Shown here: in pieces, positions 1 through 8,845 of the stretch
Position numbering within the stretch: position 1 is the first letter of the stretch
Layout of the letters: each line of letters starts with the position of its first letter
Position numbers and translations under genes: made by a program
Assembly (NCBI GenBank): GCA_009776955.1
Contig: WRMW01000002.1
Span: forward strand, 187,154 to 251,153
Source of the DNA: Clostridiales bacterium
GTDB lineage: Bacteria > Bacillota > Clostridia > Peptostreptococcales > Anaerovoracaceae
Reading direction: 5' to 3'
Length of the DNA: 64,000 nucleotides
The notes under the pieces: generated by a model
The model's database searches: none
Seen by the model: only the letters and a program-made list of their open reading frames with translations
Told to the model about the DNA's origin: nothing

Positions 1-339
1 ACCCCAGAAGAAATCGAAAGCCTGAACAATCAAAAGCTCGAAGTCCCGGACTATACGGGCTGGACGTTGGAGGATGCAAAGGCCTCTCTGGAGCGCTTTG
101 GGCTGAAGACAAACATAGGCGTCTTTCTCGGCGATGTGGCAGAGCTGAATGAGGGGGGGGATGATGGCGACGAGGACGGCGAGGACGGCGAAGACGGGGA
201 CGCATCTGGGTCGCTCAGCCTGGTCGACAGCAGCTATCTCGTGAATCATCTTCGCAAGGACCTTGCGGTTGTCGACCAGTACCCGAAGCCAGGCATGAGG
301 GTTTCGCCGGGCGGGACGGTGTTCCTGTATTGGGATTAG
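1..339 (+). CDS. C-terminal end (partial, runs off the window) of a penicillin-binding transpeptidase (SpoVD/PBP2B-like), PASTA-type domain with an acidic GDDGDEDGEDGEDGD insert
   Basis: Frame 1 is open from nt 1. The tail ...VPDYTGWTLEDAKASLERFGLK...YPKPGMRVSPGGTVFLYWD looks like a PASTA domain. It lies immediately upstream of murF in a dcw cluster. Confidence 0.6.
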   Translation, partial: TPEEIESLNNQKLEVPDYTGWTLEDAKASLERFGLKTNIGVFLGDVAELNEGGDDGDEDGEDGEDGDASGSLSLVDSSYLVNHLRKDLAVVDQYPKPGMRVSPGGTVFLYWD

Positions 340-2063
340 AGGCGGTGGAGAGCATGGGGGCACGGTTTACGATTGGCGAGATAGCGGAGGCTACGGGCGG
401 GGTGCTGCCCGGAGCTCTAGGTTTTGGTTCGGGTCGTTCCGGTCTTATGTCCGTATCTACGGATACGAGGACGTTGGCTGGGGGGGAGGCGTTCTTTGCG
501 CTGGCGGGCGAGAACCACGACGCACATGACCATCTTGCGGAGGCTGCGGCGAATGGGGCGGCGATGCTTGTCGTGAGCGATGCGGGCAGGGTGCCTGCCG
601 GTTACGGAGACGCAGTCTTGGTGGTGGCTGATGTGCTCAGGGCGTACCAGGATTTGGCGGCGTACCATAGGAAGCGTCTGGGCGTGCCGGTGATAGGGGT
701 GACGGGCAGCGTCGGCAAGACGACGGCAAAGGATATGATTGCCTGCATTCTGGCAGGCCGAGCGCATGTTCACAAGACTGCGGGAAACTTCAACAACCAG
801 GTAGGGCTGCCTAAGACCATTCTTGAGGCGGGTGAGGAAGTGGAAGCGTTGGTGCTCGAGATGGGGATGGAGCGGGCAGGCGAGATGAAAAGGCTTGCAG
901 GGATAGCGCGGCCGAATGTGGCGGTGATTACAAGCATAGGGGTGTCGCACAGGGAGAATTTTGACTCGGACGAAGGGATATTGAACGCCAAGTTCGAGAT
1001 TGCGTCGTATATGGGGGCGGGTGATACGCTTGTGATCGACTCGGGGGGGGATATCCGCTTGGTGAAGCTTGCAGAGGCGGGGAGCCGCAAGCAGGGGTAT
1101 GCGGTGGTGTGTGCCGCTGAGGAAGGGACGGCGGCGGCTTCTTCTGCGGATTATTTGGTCAGCTCGGTGAGGGTTTGCGGGCAGGATGCGGGGACGGCAC
1201 GGTTTGCGATAGAGGCGAAAGGGACTGGCGAGCGCACGGAGTTTGCGGTGCCGTTGCCTGGGTCATATGCGGGAATAAGCACGGCTTTGGCGGTAGCGGC
1301 TTGCGGCGCAGTTACGGGGGCACAGTGCGGCGCTCTCGATTTTGGTGCGGGTCGCAAGGAGGGACTTTCCTGCGCAGGTCAGACTTTGCGCCGCGTCCGC
1401 AGGGGTGCTGCCGAAAGGCTCGCTACGGCTTCGCAAAGCTCCGCCTCCGCCTCGCTTTCGGAGACCCCTTGCTCCGCCTCGCGCCTTCGGCACTCGACGC
1501 AAAGTCCCTGCTACAGTACGCAAGACACGGACTGCCGCACTGCTCCCTCGGGCGATGCCCTCGCCATTGCTGCGGAGGCGCTCAAGGGGCTTGCGAGGAC
1601 ACCGCACAGGCTTGAGCCCATACGGAAGGGCGGCGTGTTGATAATCGACGACACATACAATGCGAGCCCAGACAGCGCGAAAAGCGGCCTGGCTTATCTT
1701 GCGGCGGTTCCAGCGGAGCGGCGAATAGCTGTGCTGGCGGATATGAATGAGCTTGGTGATATGTCAGAGGGGTTTCACCGTGAGGTGGGGGAGGAAGCGG
1801 CACGGCTAGGCACGGACGTGGTCTTTGCCTATGGCGATAAGGCGCAGGCGATTGCGGAAGGGGCGCGAGACGGCGCTCTCAATTTTGATGCGAGCGGTGC
1901 TGAGGTCCGCTACTATGGCACGGGTGCGAAGACGGAGCTCATTGCCGAGTTGTGCTCGATGGTCAAGGATGGCGACGCTGTCTATGTCAAGGGTTCGCGT
2001 TCGATGAAGATGGAAGAAGTGGTGCAGGCGCTCGTGGCGTGCGAAGCAGGGGAGGGCAAGTAG
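330..2063 (+). CDS. murF: UDP-N-acetylmuramoyl-tripeptide--D-alanyl-D-alanine ligase MurF, carrying a ~78-aa in-frame insert
   Basis: Mur ligase motifs are present: VIGVTGSVGKTTAKDM (P-loop) and IIDDTYNASPDS. It is 577 aa, whereas I expect roughly 450 aa for a typical MurF. The start is TTG 330 or ATG 354. Confidence 0.9.
   Translation: MGLEAVESMGARFTIGEIAEATGGVLPGALGFGSGRSGLMSVSTDTRTLAGGEAFFALAGENHDAHDHLAEAAANGAAMLVVSDAGRVPAGYGDAVLVVADVLRAYQDLAAYHRKRLGVPVIGVTGSVGKTTAKDMIACILAGRAHVHKTAGNFNNQVGLPKTILEAGEEVEALVLEMGMERAGEMKRLAGIARPNVAVITSIGVSHRENFDSDEGILNAKFEIASYMGAGDTLVIDSGGDIRLVKLAEAGSRKQGYAVVCAAEEGTAAASSADYLVSSVRVCGQDAGTARFAIEAKGTGERTEFAVPLPGSYAGISTALAVAACGAVTGAQCGALDFGAGRKEGLSCAGQTLRRVRRGAAERLATASQSSASASLSETPCSASRLRHSTQSPCYSTQDTDCRTAPSGDALAIAAEALKGLARTPHRLEPIRKGGVLIIDDTYNASPDSAKSGLAYLAAVPAERRIAVLADMNELGDMSEGFHREVGEEAARLGTDVVFAYGDKAQAIAEGARDGALNFDASGAEVRYYGTGAKTELIAELCSMVKDGDAVYVKGSRSMKMEEVVQALVACEAGEGK
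1317..1550. repeat. GC-rich palindromic insertion, in frame within murF
   Basis: Several other reading frames are also open here: track ORFs 1175..1615 and 1342..1641 (+) and 1263..1607, 1151..1357 and 1582..1803 (-). Long-range inverted repeats are GACTTTGCG 1382-1390 / CGCAAAGTC 1498-1506 and GGGACTTT 1361-1368 / AAAGTCCC 1501-1508. A GNRA-type mini-hairpin GCCGAAAGGC lies at 1410-1419. The encoded peptide is Ser/Arg/Cys-rich and unlike Mur ligases. Confidence 0.45.
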
Positions 2064-3134
2064 ATGGGACTGATAAGCATAGAGGCAAACCTGGCGTTGT
2101 CCGTAGCAATCCCGTTTGCTGTTTCGCTGGTGGTGACTGCGGTTGTTACCGCGCTCCTCATACCATTTCTCAAGCGCATCAAAAGCACCCAGGCAATCTA
2201 TGAATTGGCGCCTGAGGAACACAAGCAGAAAAGCGGGACGCCGACGATGGGCGGCATCGGCATACTTTGCGGGACTGCGGCGGGCTGTGTCGCTGCCGTG
2301 ATAGTGCTTGGGGCTATGAGCAATCTGCTCTTTATACTTGCCATTACGCTCGTGTTCGGCGGCATCGGCATGATTGACGACATGAAAAAAATAACGAAGC
2401 GCCAAAATCTTGGGCTCAAGGCACGTCACAAGCTTGTGCTGCAAATAGTTATAGCACTTGCATGCGTGCTGTACTACCTTTATGCGGCGGATATGGGCAC
2501 ATATATCATTCTGCCTTTCGTGTGGAATGTCGTGGACATAGGCCCGTGGATTTATCCGTATATGATCTTTATAATCGTAGCGATGGTCAATTCCGTCAAT
2601 CTGACGGACGGCCTCGACGGGCTTGCTTCGGGGACCTCTTTCGTTGTCGCCATATTTTTTCCGGTGTTTGCGTTGCTCGGGTTTTCGCTTTCGCTTACTG
2701 GTGGCGGCGAAGTCGTGATAGAGGGGGTCAGCCGCAGCATGGTAGATGCGATGATCTTCCCGGCTCTTGCTGGCGCGTGTATCGGCTTCCTTATATTCAA
2801 TAGACACCCAGCGAAGATTTTTATGGGCGATACGGGCTCGCTTGCCCTAGGGGGTGGGCTTTCTGCGGGAGCGATTTTTACGCATGTCGAATTGTTTCTG
2901 CCGCTCGCCGGCTTTGTTTTTGTCGCGGAGGCGCTGTCGGACATTATCCAGGTCGGGAGCTACAAGCTAAGGAATGGGAAGCGCGTGTTCAAGATGGCGC
3001 CGCTCCATCACCACTTCGAGCTTTCGGGCTGGCATGAGAAAAAAGTCGTGGCCGCTTTCGTGACTGTCACGCTTGTGATGTGCGTTGTCTGCACGGTGGT
3101 GTTGGTGCTGCAGGGAAGGGCGATGGATCTATGA
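2064..3134 (+). CDS. mraY: Phospho-N-acetylmuramoyl-pentapeptide transferase MraY
   Basis: Polytopic membrane protein with the motifs MGGI, DDxxK (MIDDMKKI), NLTDGLDGLA and FMGDTGSLALGG. dcw context. Confidence 0.95.
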   Translation: MGLISIEANLALSVAIPFAVSLVVTAVVTALLIPFLKRIKSTQAIYELAPEEHKQKSGTPTMGGIGILCGTAAGCVAAVIVLGAMSNLLFILAITLVFGGIGMIDDMKKITKRQNLGLKARHKLVLQIVIALACVLYYLYAADMGTYIILPFVWNVVDIGPWIYPYMIFIIVAMVNSVNLTDGLDGLASGTSFVVAIFFPVFALLGFSLSLTGGGEVVIEGVSRSMVDAMIFPALAGACIGFLIFNRHPAKIFMGDTGSLALGGGLSAGAIFTHVELFLPLAGFVFVAEALSDIIQVGSYKLRNGKRVFKMAPLHHHFELSGWHEKKVVAAFVTVTLVMCVVCTVVLVLQGRAMDL

Positions 3135-4519
3135 GCGGTGAGTTCGGCAATCAAAGGATTTTGGTCGTTGGCCTTGGGAAGTCGGGGATGGCCGCCTTTG
3201 ACGCGCTTGTAAGCATAGGCGTGCGGCCTTATGTGTATGACAAGAGGGACATAGAACTTGAAGAACACGCGTTCTTCAAAAAGGTTGCAGAGGCAGGCGC
3301 AGGTTGTTACCTGAACGGGAGTGAAGTTCCAGACGAGGGCTGGGGTATCTTGGTGCTAAGCCCTGGCGTGCCGCCAGACCTTCCCTTTGTCGAAAGAGCA
3401 CGGGAGCGTGGCGCCGAAGTCATAGGCGAACTGGAGCTTTCGTATAGGATAGGGAGCGGTTTATGTGCGGCTATTACGGGAACAAATGGAAAAACGACGA
3501 CGACGACCCTCGTGGGGGAGATTTTTTCAGATGCGGGGCTGAAAGCCGCCGTCTGTGGCAATATCGGGACTCCTGTAGCGGCAATGGCTATGGATGCGGA
3601 CGACGACACATGGCTCGTCACGGAAGTGTCAAGTTACCAGCTTGATACGGCAAGGCTCTACCGACCTAGGATAGCTGCGTTTCTTAACCTTACGCCTGAC
3701 CATATGGACAGGCACAAGACCATGGAGGCCTACGGGGCGGCAAAGGCGAAAATATTCGCGAACCAAGGAGAGGACGACGTGCTTGTCTACAACGCGGACG
3801 ATCCATTGGTGGCGGAGCTTGCAGAGGGGGCGAGGGCAAGGAAGCTGCCGTTCAGCCACACGCGTGAATTGACGAATGGGGCGTTCGTACGGGACGGGTG
3901 GATCATGTTTGCGGAAGGCAATAAGGATATCTCCGTAGCGCAGGTGGGTGAGTTGCGGATACCAGGAACCCATAATATAGAGAACGCGCTGGCGGCGACG
4001 GCCGTGGCGTTCGCGGCGGGAATAAGGCCGGAAGTCATAGCGGCGACGCTGAGAAGGTTTAAGGGTGTTGAGCATAGAATTGAGTTTGTTGCGGATATCA
4101 GGGGCGTGCGATATGTGAATGATTCAAAAGGAACGAATCCGGATGCCTCAATAAAGGCGGTTGAAGCGGTAGGCGACGGGGAGAACCCGGATATCCTGCT
4201 CATCGCGGGAGGCTATGACAAAGATGCGGACTTCACCGACTATATAAAGGCCATAAAGGGCCGGGTGAAAAAACTCATACTGCTTGGGACGGTTGCCGAA
4301 AAGATGCAGGAGCGTGCCATTGCTGAAGGATTTTTGCAAGAAGATGTGCCTATAGCCAGGGATATGGGAGAGGCTGTACGGCTTGCGGCAACGTCTGCAG
4401 GGCCAGGCGATACGGTGTTGCTATCACCGGCCTGCGCAAGCTGGGATATGTATAAGGATTACGAGGAACGTGGCATGCATTTCAAGGATGAGGTCTGGAA
4501 GTTGGAGGGACGTAAATGA
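3131..4519 (+). CDS. murD: UDP-N-acetylmuramoylalanine--D-glutamate ligase MurD
   Basis: N-terminus MSGEFGNQRILVVGLGKSG and P-loop ITGTNGKTTTT. The ATGA overlaps the mraY stop. The track ORF start at 3080 was trimmed to ATG 3131. Confidence 0.93.
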   Translation: MSGEFGNQRILVVGLGKSGMAAFDALVSIGVRPYVYDKRDIELEEHAFFKKVAEAGAGCYLNGSEVPDEGWGILVLSPGVPPDLPFVERARERGAEVIGELELSYRIGSGLCAAITGTNGKTTTTTLVGEIFSDAGLKAAVCGNIGTPVAAMAMDADDDTWLVTEVSSYQLDTARLYRPRIAAFLNLTPDHMDRHKTMEAYGAAKAKIFANQGEDDVLVYNADDPLVAELAEGARARKLPFSHTRELTNGAFVRDGWIMFAEGNKDISVAQVGELRIPGTHNIENALAATAVAFAAGIRPEVIAATLRRFKGVEHRIEFVADIRGVRYVNDSKGTNPDASIKAVEAVGDGENPDILLIAGGYDKDADFTDYIKAIKGRVKKLILLGTVAEKMQERAIAEGFLQEDVPIARDMGEAVRLAATSAGPGDTVLLSPACASWDMYKDYEERGMHFKDEVWKLEGRK

Positions 4520-5673
4520 TCAAGGCTCAGGGAAAACTTGATCCGCTTCTTTTGATCGTTGTTGCGATCCTTGTCATCTTCGGCATCGTGATGGTGTTCA
4601 GCGCGAGCTTTTACAGCACGATCAGCGAAGAAACCGGACCGTATCACTATCTGAGGCTTGCGGTTCAGTGGGCTATTTTCGGCTTTGCTGTAATGATTAC
4701 TGTATCGTTTCTGCCTTATAAGGTATATTACAATCTGACGCCCCTTATCATAGGCGCATCGCTGATATTTTTGCTCTTGCTTTTCACGCCGCTTGGCGTG
4801 GAAATCAACTACGCGACGCGCTGGCTGCCGCTTGGCCCTTTGACGTTTATGCCGGGTGAGTTCGCAAAACTTGCCGTTATTCTGGGCTGCGCTTGGTACT
4901 ATACGAAGTATGCGGACAAGACCAAGACGTTGCTTAATGGCTTTCTTCCGGTAATTATGGCCGCCTTGATATATTTCTACCTTATTTATAGGCAGCCAAA
5001 CCTTTCGACCGCGGTAATAGTGGTATTGACCGTGCTTGTGATGATGTTTATCGCGGGGGTGCCGGTCGCTTATTTGATAGGCATTCTTGTTGTCGGCGTT
5101 GCGGGGGTGTATTTCATGATACAGTCTGCGGCAGGGTTTCATATGTCGCGCATCACGGGCTACCTCAATCCATTCTCGGACGCACAGGGAGATTTCTTCC
5201 AGACTGTGCAAGGGCTGCTTGCGTTAGGTTCGGGGGGACTTGGAGGTGTAGGGCTCGGCAATAGCGGCGCAAAGGCATTCTGGCTTCCCTATGCCCAAAA
5301 TGATTTTATATTTGCAATTATCGGCGAAGAGACAGGGTTTATTGGCAGCATTCTTCTGCTTGTCGGATTTATTATACTCGTATGGCGGTGCATGCTCATT
5401 TCAATGCGGTGCAAGGATCGCTTCGGCATGCTGCTTGGTAGCGGGATAAGCATCATTTTTGCGATTCAGGTGGCTTTGAATATTGGGGTCGTTACTGCGG
5501 TTCTGCCGCCTACCGGCGTCATACTTCCGTTTATTAGCTATGGCGGCAACGCGATTGTGCTGTTTATGTTTTTGATCGGGATTGTATTGAATATTTCCCG
5601 AGGGGAAACGCTTGGGAAGGCATCGCGGCGTAAGCAAAAGGATCATGAGCTTGAGGAGGACGAGGCTGCATGA
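4516..5673 (+). CDS. ftsW: SEDS-family peptidoglycan glycosyltransferase FtsW/SpoVE
   Basis: About 10 TM segments. Motifs FQPSEFAK-like (FMPGEFAKL) and PFISYGG. Its ATGA start overlaps the murD stop; the murG start overlaps its own stop at 5670-5673. Confidence 0.9.
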   Translation: MIKAQGKLDPLLLIVVAILVIFGIVMVFSASFYSTISEETGPYHYLRLAVQWAIFGFAVMITVSFLPYKVYYNLTPLIIGASLIFLLLLFTPLGVEINYATRWLPLGPLTFMPGEFAKLAVILGCAWYYTKYADKTKTLLNGFLPVIMAALIYFYLIYRQPNLSTAVIVVLTVLVMMFIAGVPVAYLIGILVVGVAGVYFMIQSAAGFHMSRITGYLNPFSDAQGDFFQTVQGLLALGSGGLGGVGLGNSGAKAFWLPYAQNDFIFAIIGEETGFIGSILLLVGFIILVWRCMLISMRCKDRFGMLLGSGISIIFAIQVALNIGVVTAVLPPTGVILPFISYGGNAIVLFMFLIGIVLNISRGETLGKASRRKQKDHELEEDEAA

Positions 5674-6782
5674 GGGCGTTGATTGCGAGCAGCGCGACAG
5701 GCGGACATATCTATCCGGCCTTGGCAATCGCAGAGGAGATATCAAGGCGCGCGCCGGAGGCCGAGTTCTTGTTTGTGGGCGCGAAATGGGAGATAGGCAA
5801 GGATATAGTGAGGGCTGCGGGGTACCGCCAAGAGTTCATTGATGTCAGCGGCTTTGACCGTCGCAATCCGCTGAAAAGCATAAAGGCTTTGTGTGGCCTT
5901 ATGCGGGCGTCCGGCGAAATAAAAAAAATAATCAGGGATTTCAAGCCCGATATATGTATAGGGACGGGCGGGCATGTGGCAGGTCCTGTTATCCGCATGG
6001 CAAGGAAGGCGGGCGTGCGTACGATGATACAGGAGCAGAATGTCATACCTGGAATGGCAAACAAGCTTGCTGAGAAATACGCAGAACGCGTGTTCGTAGG
6101 CTTTAAAGAAACGGCAGGATATTTCAAGGATGGAGCCAAGGTTGTTGTAAGCGGCAACCCGGTGCGTGCGGCTTTTGCCGAGGCTGCGGCAAGGCGAGGC
6201 GAAGTGAGAGCCCTGTACGGTATTTCGGAAGGGGCTTTCTGTGTATTCTTTTTCGGCGGCTCTCAAGGCGCGGGAGCCATAAACGATGCGGCAATAGATG
6301 CGATGACGTTGCTCGGCTCGTCTGGCGAAACGGAGCCCGGTGCGGAATACTATTTTTTCCTTGTAACGGGGCGGGACTACTACGGCGATATAAAGGCTAA
6401 GGCCGGAAACATGGCGAGCTGCACGGTGATGGAGTATGCTGACGCAATATACGAGCTTTATGCGGCGGCAGACCTTATCGTTTCACGGGCGGGCGCGCTG
6501 ACAGTGACGGAGATCGTGGACAGCGGCAAGGCGTCAATCCTTGTTCCGTCTCCCAACGTTACAAACAACCATCAGTATTACAATGCAAAGGCTTTGGCGG
6601 ACGGGGGAGCCGCCGTATTGTTGCCTGAGGATGAGCTTACGGGCGAAAGGCTTGCCGTTGAGATGCAGGCGCTCGCGGCGGACAAAGAAGTGTTTGAGGC
6701 TATGAGCGTGGCGGCGGCGGGGCTTGCAAGGGCGGACGCGGCAAAGGTGATTGCGGATGAAATATTCGGAAGCCCAGCGTAA
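5670..6782 (+). CDS. murG: UDP-N-acetylglucosamine--N-acetylmuramyl-(pentapeptide) pyrophosphoryl-undecaprenol GlcNAc transferase MurG
   Basis: N-terminal GTGGHIYPALA-like motif (SSATGGHIYPALAIA) and C-terminal SRAGALTVTE and NHQ..NA motifs. Confidence 0.93.
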   Translation: MRALIASSATGGHIYPALAIAEEISRRAPEAEFLFVGAKWEIGKDIVRAAGYRQEFIDVSGFDRRNPLKSIKALCGLMRASGEIKKIIRDFKPDICIGTGGHVAGPVIRMARKAGVRTMIQEQNVIPGMANKLAEKYAERVFVGFKETAGYFKDGAKVVVSGNPVRAAFAEAAARRGEVRALYGISEGAFCVFFFGGSQGAGAINDAAIDAMTLLGSSGETEPGAEYYFFLVTGRDYYGDIKAKAGNMASCTVMEYADAIYELYAAADLIVSRAGALTVTEIVDSGKASILVPSPNVTNNHQYYNAKALADGGAAVLLPEDELTGERLAVEMQALAADKEVFEAMSVAAAGLARADAAKVIADEIFGSPA

Positions 6783-7509
6783 AAAGCGCGGGAAGCGCAA
6801 AAAGAAAAACTATTTCCGGAATATCGTCATTGCGGTGCTGGTGGTTCTGGGGTCGTATTACATAGCGTTCCACTCTGGCATTTTCGATATCAAGGAAGTG
6901 AAAGTGGAAGGCAATGTGCATTATACGACGGGTCAGGTCAAGGAGCTGTCGGGCGTTGTGTATGGCGACAATATCTTCAGGACGCGCGTTTCGGAAGTCG
7001 CGAAGCGGCTTGAGCTTGACCCATATATAAGGAAGGCAGAAGTAAGCTGGGCGCTTCCGGCGGGCATAGACATTTTGCTTGACGAACGTAAGGAAAGCGT
7101 GTTGATCGCCTACGAAGAAGGCTATGTGGTCGTCGACTACGACGGGGTGATATTGAGGACGACGCGAGAGCACCTGAAGATGCCTGTAATGGCAGGCTTG
7201 ACACCCATCGAACCTGAGCCAGGACTTGCGCTCAGGGCCGAGGAAGCGGGGCAGCTCAAGCCGGGGCTGGACTTTATGAAATTTATTGAAGACAATAATT
7301 TTTATATAAAGCGGCTCGACTTGAGTGGCGTAGTGCCCAAAGCCTACGTGTTTGACAGACTGGTGGTGGAGGGCGATCTGAGGAATATGGAGAAGAATAT
7401 TCGCGAAATCAAGCGGGTTGTCGCCGATCTTGACTCGAAAGGCATTGAACGCGGCACAATAAGCGTAGGCAGCACATCGTGTTCATTCTCTCCGGAAATT
7501 CGCAGTTGA
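6751..7509 (+). CDS. ftsQ: Cell division protein FtsQ/DivIB (POTRA domain)
   Basis: Basic N-terminus, one TM segment, then a POTRA-like segment FDIKEVKVEGNVHYTTGQV. Located between murG and ftsZ. Confidence 0.8.
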   Translation: MRMKYSEAQRKKRGKRKKKNYFRNIVIAVLVVLGSYYIAFHSGIFDIKEVKVEGNVHYTTGQVKELSGVVYGDNIFRTRVSEVAKRLELDPYIRKAEVSWALPAGIDILLDERKESVLIAYEEGYVVVDYDGVILRTTREHLKMPVMAGLTPIEPEPGLALRAEEAGQLKPGLDFMKFIEDNNFYIKRLDLSGVVPKAYVFDRLVVEGDLRNMEKNIREIKRVVADLDSKGIERGTISVGSTSCSFSPEIRS

Positions 7510-7527
7510 TATTCAATTATTCAATAA

Positions 7528-7555
7528 TTGCACAGCAGATATTGTGTGGTATACT
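7528..7555 (+). promoter_or_regulatory. Candidate sigma-A promoter for ftsZ
   Basis: TTGCAC (7528-7533), 16-nt spacer, then extended -10 TGgTATACT (7547-7555). The RBS GAGGAGGA follows at about 7573. Confidence 0.5.
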
Positions 7556-7588
7556 ATCGTAGGAGATTAAGCGAGGAGGATAAAAGAA

Positions 7589-8830
7589 ATGACGCATGAG
7601 GGTATCTTGTTCGAGACAGCCGATACGTCAATCGCGAATATAATTGTAATAGGCGTTGGCGGCGGTGGCGGCAACGCGGTGAACCGCATGATTGAGTGCG
7701 GAATTCGCGGTGTTGAATATGTTGCAATAAATACGGACAAGCAGGATCTGGATCACAAGTCCAATGCTGAGGTCAAGGTCCAGATTGGGGCGAAGGCGAC
7801 GGGCGGGCTCGGAGCGGGAGGAAACCCCGAGATAGGGCTTTTGGCTGCAGAAGAAAATCAAGAGCAGATCGAGAACGCTATACGCGGAGCCGATATGCTT
7901 TTTATTACAGCCGGAATGGGTGGAGGCACCGGGACTGGCGCCGCGCCTGTGGTGGCGAAGATAGCCCGTGAGCTTGGGATACTTACCATAGCGATTGTGA
8001 CAAAGCCCTTTAGCTTTGAGGCGAAGAAGCGGAGAGCCTTCGCGGAGCAGGGCATAGAGTACATGAAGGACTATGTGGACTCGCTTGTGGTGATACCTAA
8101 CGACAAGCTGCTTATGCGCAGCGATCAGGAAACGAAAATGGTGGACGCCCTGAATATGGCAAACGAAGTCCTGAAGGACGGCGTGCAGGGCATCACGGAG
8201 ATAATCACGGGCGCAGGATTTATCAATGTCGATTTTGCGGATGTCAAGGCTGTGATGTCACGGCAGGGTTTGGCGCATATGGGCATCGGACGCGGCCAGG
8301 GCGAGGGGCGCGTAAAAGAGGCGGTCAAGTCCGCGATCAACAGTCCGTTGCTGGATACGTCCGTGGCTGGCGCAAAGCATATACTACTGCGTATCGCGGG
8401 CGATGAAAACCTAGGTATGCTTGAGTTCAGCGAGGCAGCCGATATGATAGAGCAAGAAGCGGACGGCGAAGCGGATGTCAGGATCGGCATGTCGATAGAC
8501 AGTTCGCTCGGCGACGAGATTGTCATCACGGTAATAGCGACAGGCTTCACTGATATGAACGACAGGGGTGGTGGCGGCGGCACGGTTATCAAGTCGGCAC
8601 AGGCTCTTAGCGATTTTGAGTTGCCCAAGGGAGTGGCTTCTAGCGGCTTTGACGTGGACTACGGATCCGGCTCCGAATCTCATGGAGGCGATGTAGGGGC
8701 TGATTATGATGAGTATGAGCCGTCGTCATGGGCACAGAAGAATGTCCTGCCGTCTGAAGATGAAAGTGACGCAAGCGTTGACGGCGAAGGGTTTCCCATA
8801 CCTGAGTTTCTGCGCGGGGATGACTCGTAG
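7589..8830 (+). CDS. ftsZ: Cell division GTPase FtsZ
   Basis: Tubulin signature [11 protein letters not shown] and N-terminal [16 protein letters not shown]. Long disordered C-terminal linker ending in FPIPEFLR. Confidence 0.97.
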   Translation: MTHEGILFETADTSIANIIVIGVGGGGGNAVNRMIECGIRGVEYVAINTDKQDLDHKSNAEVKVQIGAKATGGLGAGGNPEIGLLAAEENQEQIENAIRGADMLFITAGMGGGTGTGAAPVVAKIARELGILTIAIVTKPFSFEAKKRRAFAEQGIEYMKDYVDSLVVIPNDKLLMRSDQETKMVDALNMANEVLKDGVQGITEIITGAGFINVDFADVKAVMSRQGLAHMGIGRGQGEGRVKEAVKSAINSPLLDTSVAGAKHILLRIAGDENLGMLEFSEAADMIEQEADGEADVRIGMSIDSSLGDEIVITVIATGFTDMNDRGGGGGTVIKSAQALSDFELPKGVASSGFDVDYGSGSESHGGDVGADYDEYEPSSWAQKNVLPSEDESDASVDGEGFPIPEFLRGDDS

Positions 8831-8845
8831 CAATCCCAAGGGGCA

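Noticed and set aside
1317-1550. murF insert interpreted as an intein or a self-splicing intron.
   Set aside because: At 78 aa / 234 nt it is far too small for an intein and has no Cys/Ser...His-Asn splice junctions. It is also too small for group I or II introns. A palindromic repeat insertion fits better.
1806-2807. 333-aa ORF on the minus strand, antisense to mraY. Similar long shadow ORFs occur at 20677-21765 (+), 38133-38894 (-), 41694-42668 (+), 47256-48221 (-), 54766-55782 (+), 59962-60864 (-), 25286-25975 (-) and 28268-28963 (-).
   Set aside because: Each one lies antisense to, or out of frame with, a gene that has unmistakable conserved motifs. The translations are Arg/His/Pro-rich low-complexity sequences typical of stop-poor alternative frames in ~60% GC DNA. 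None has an RBS or a family resemblance.
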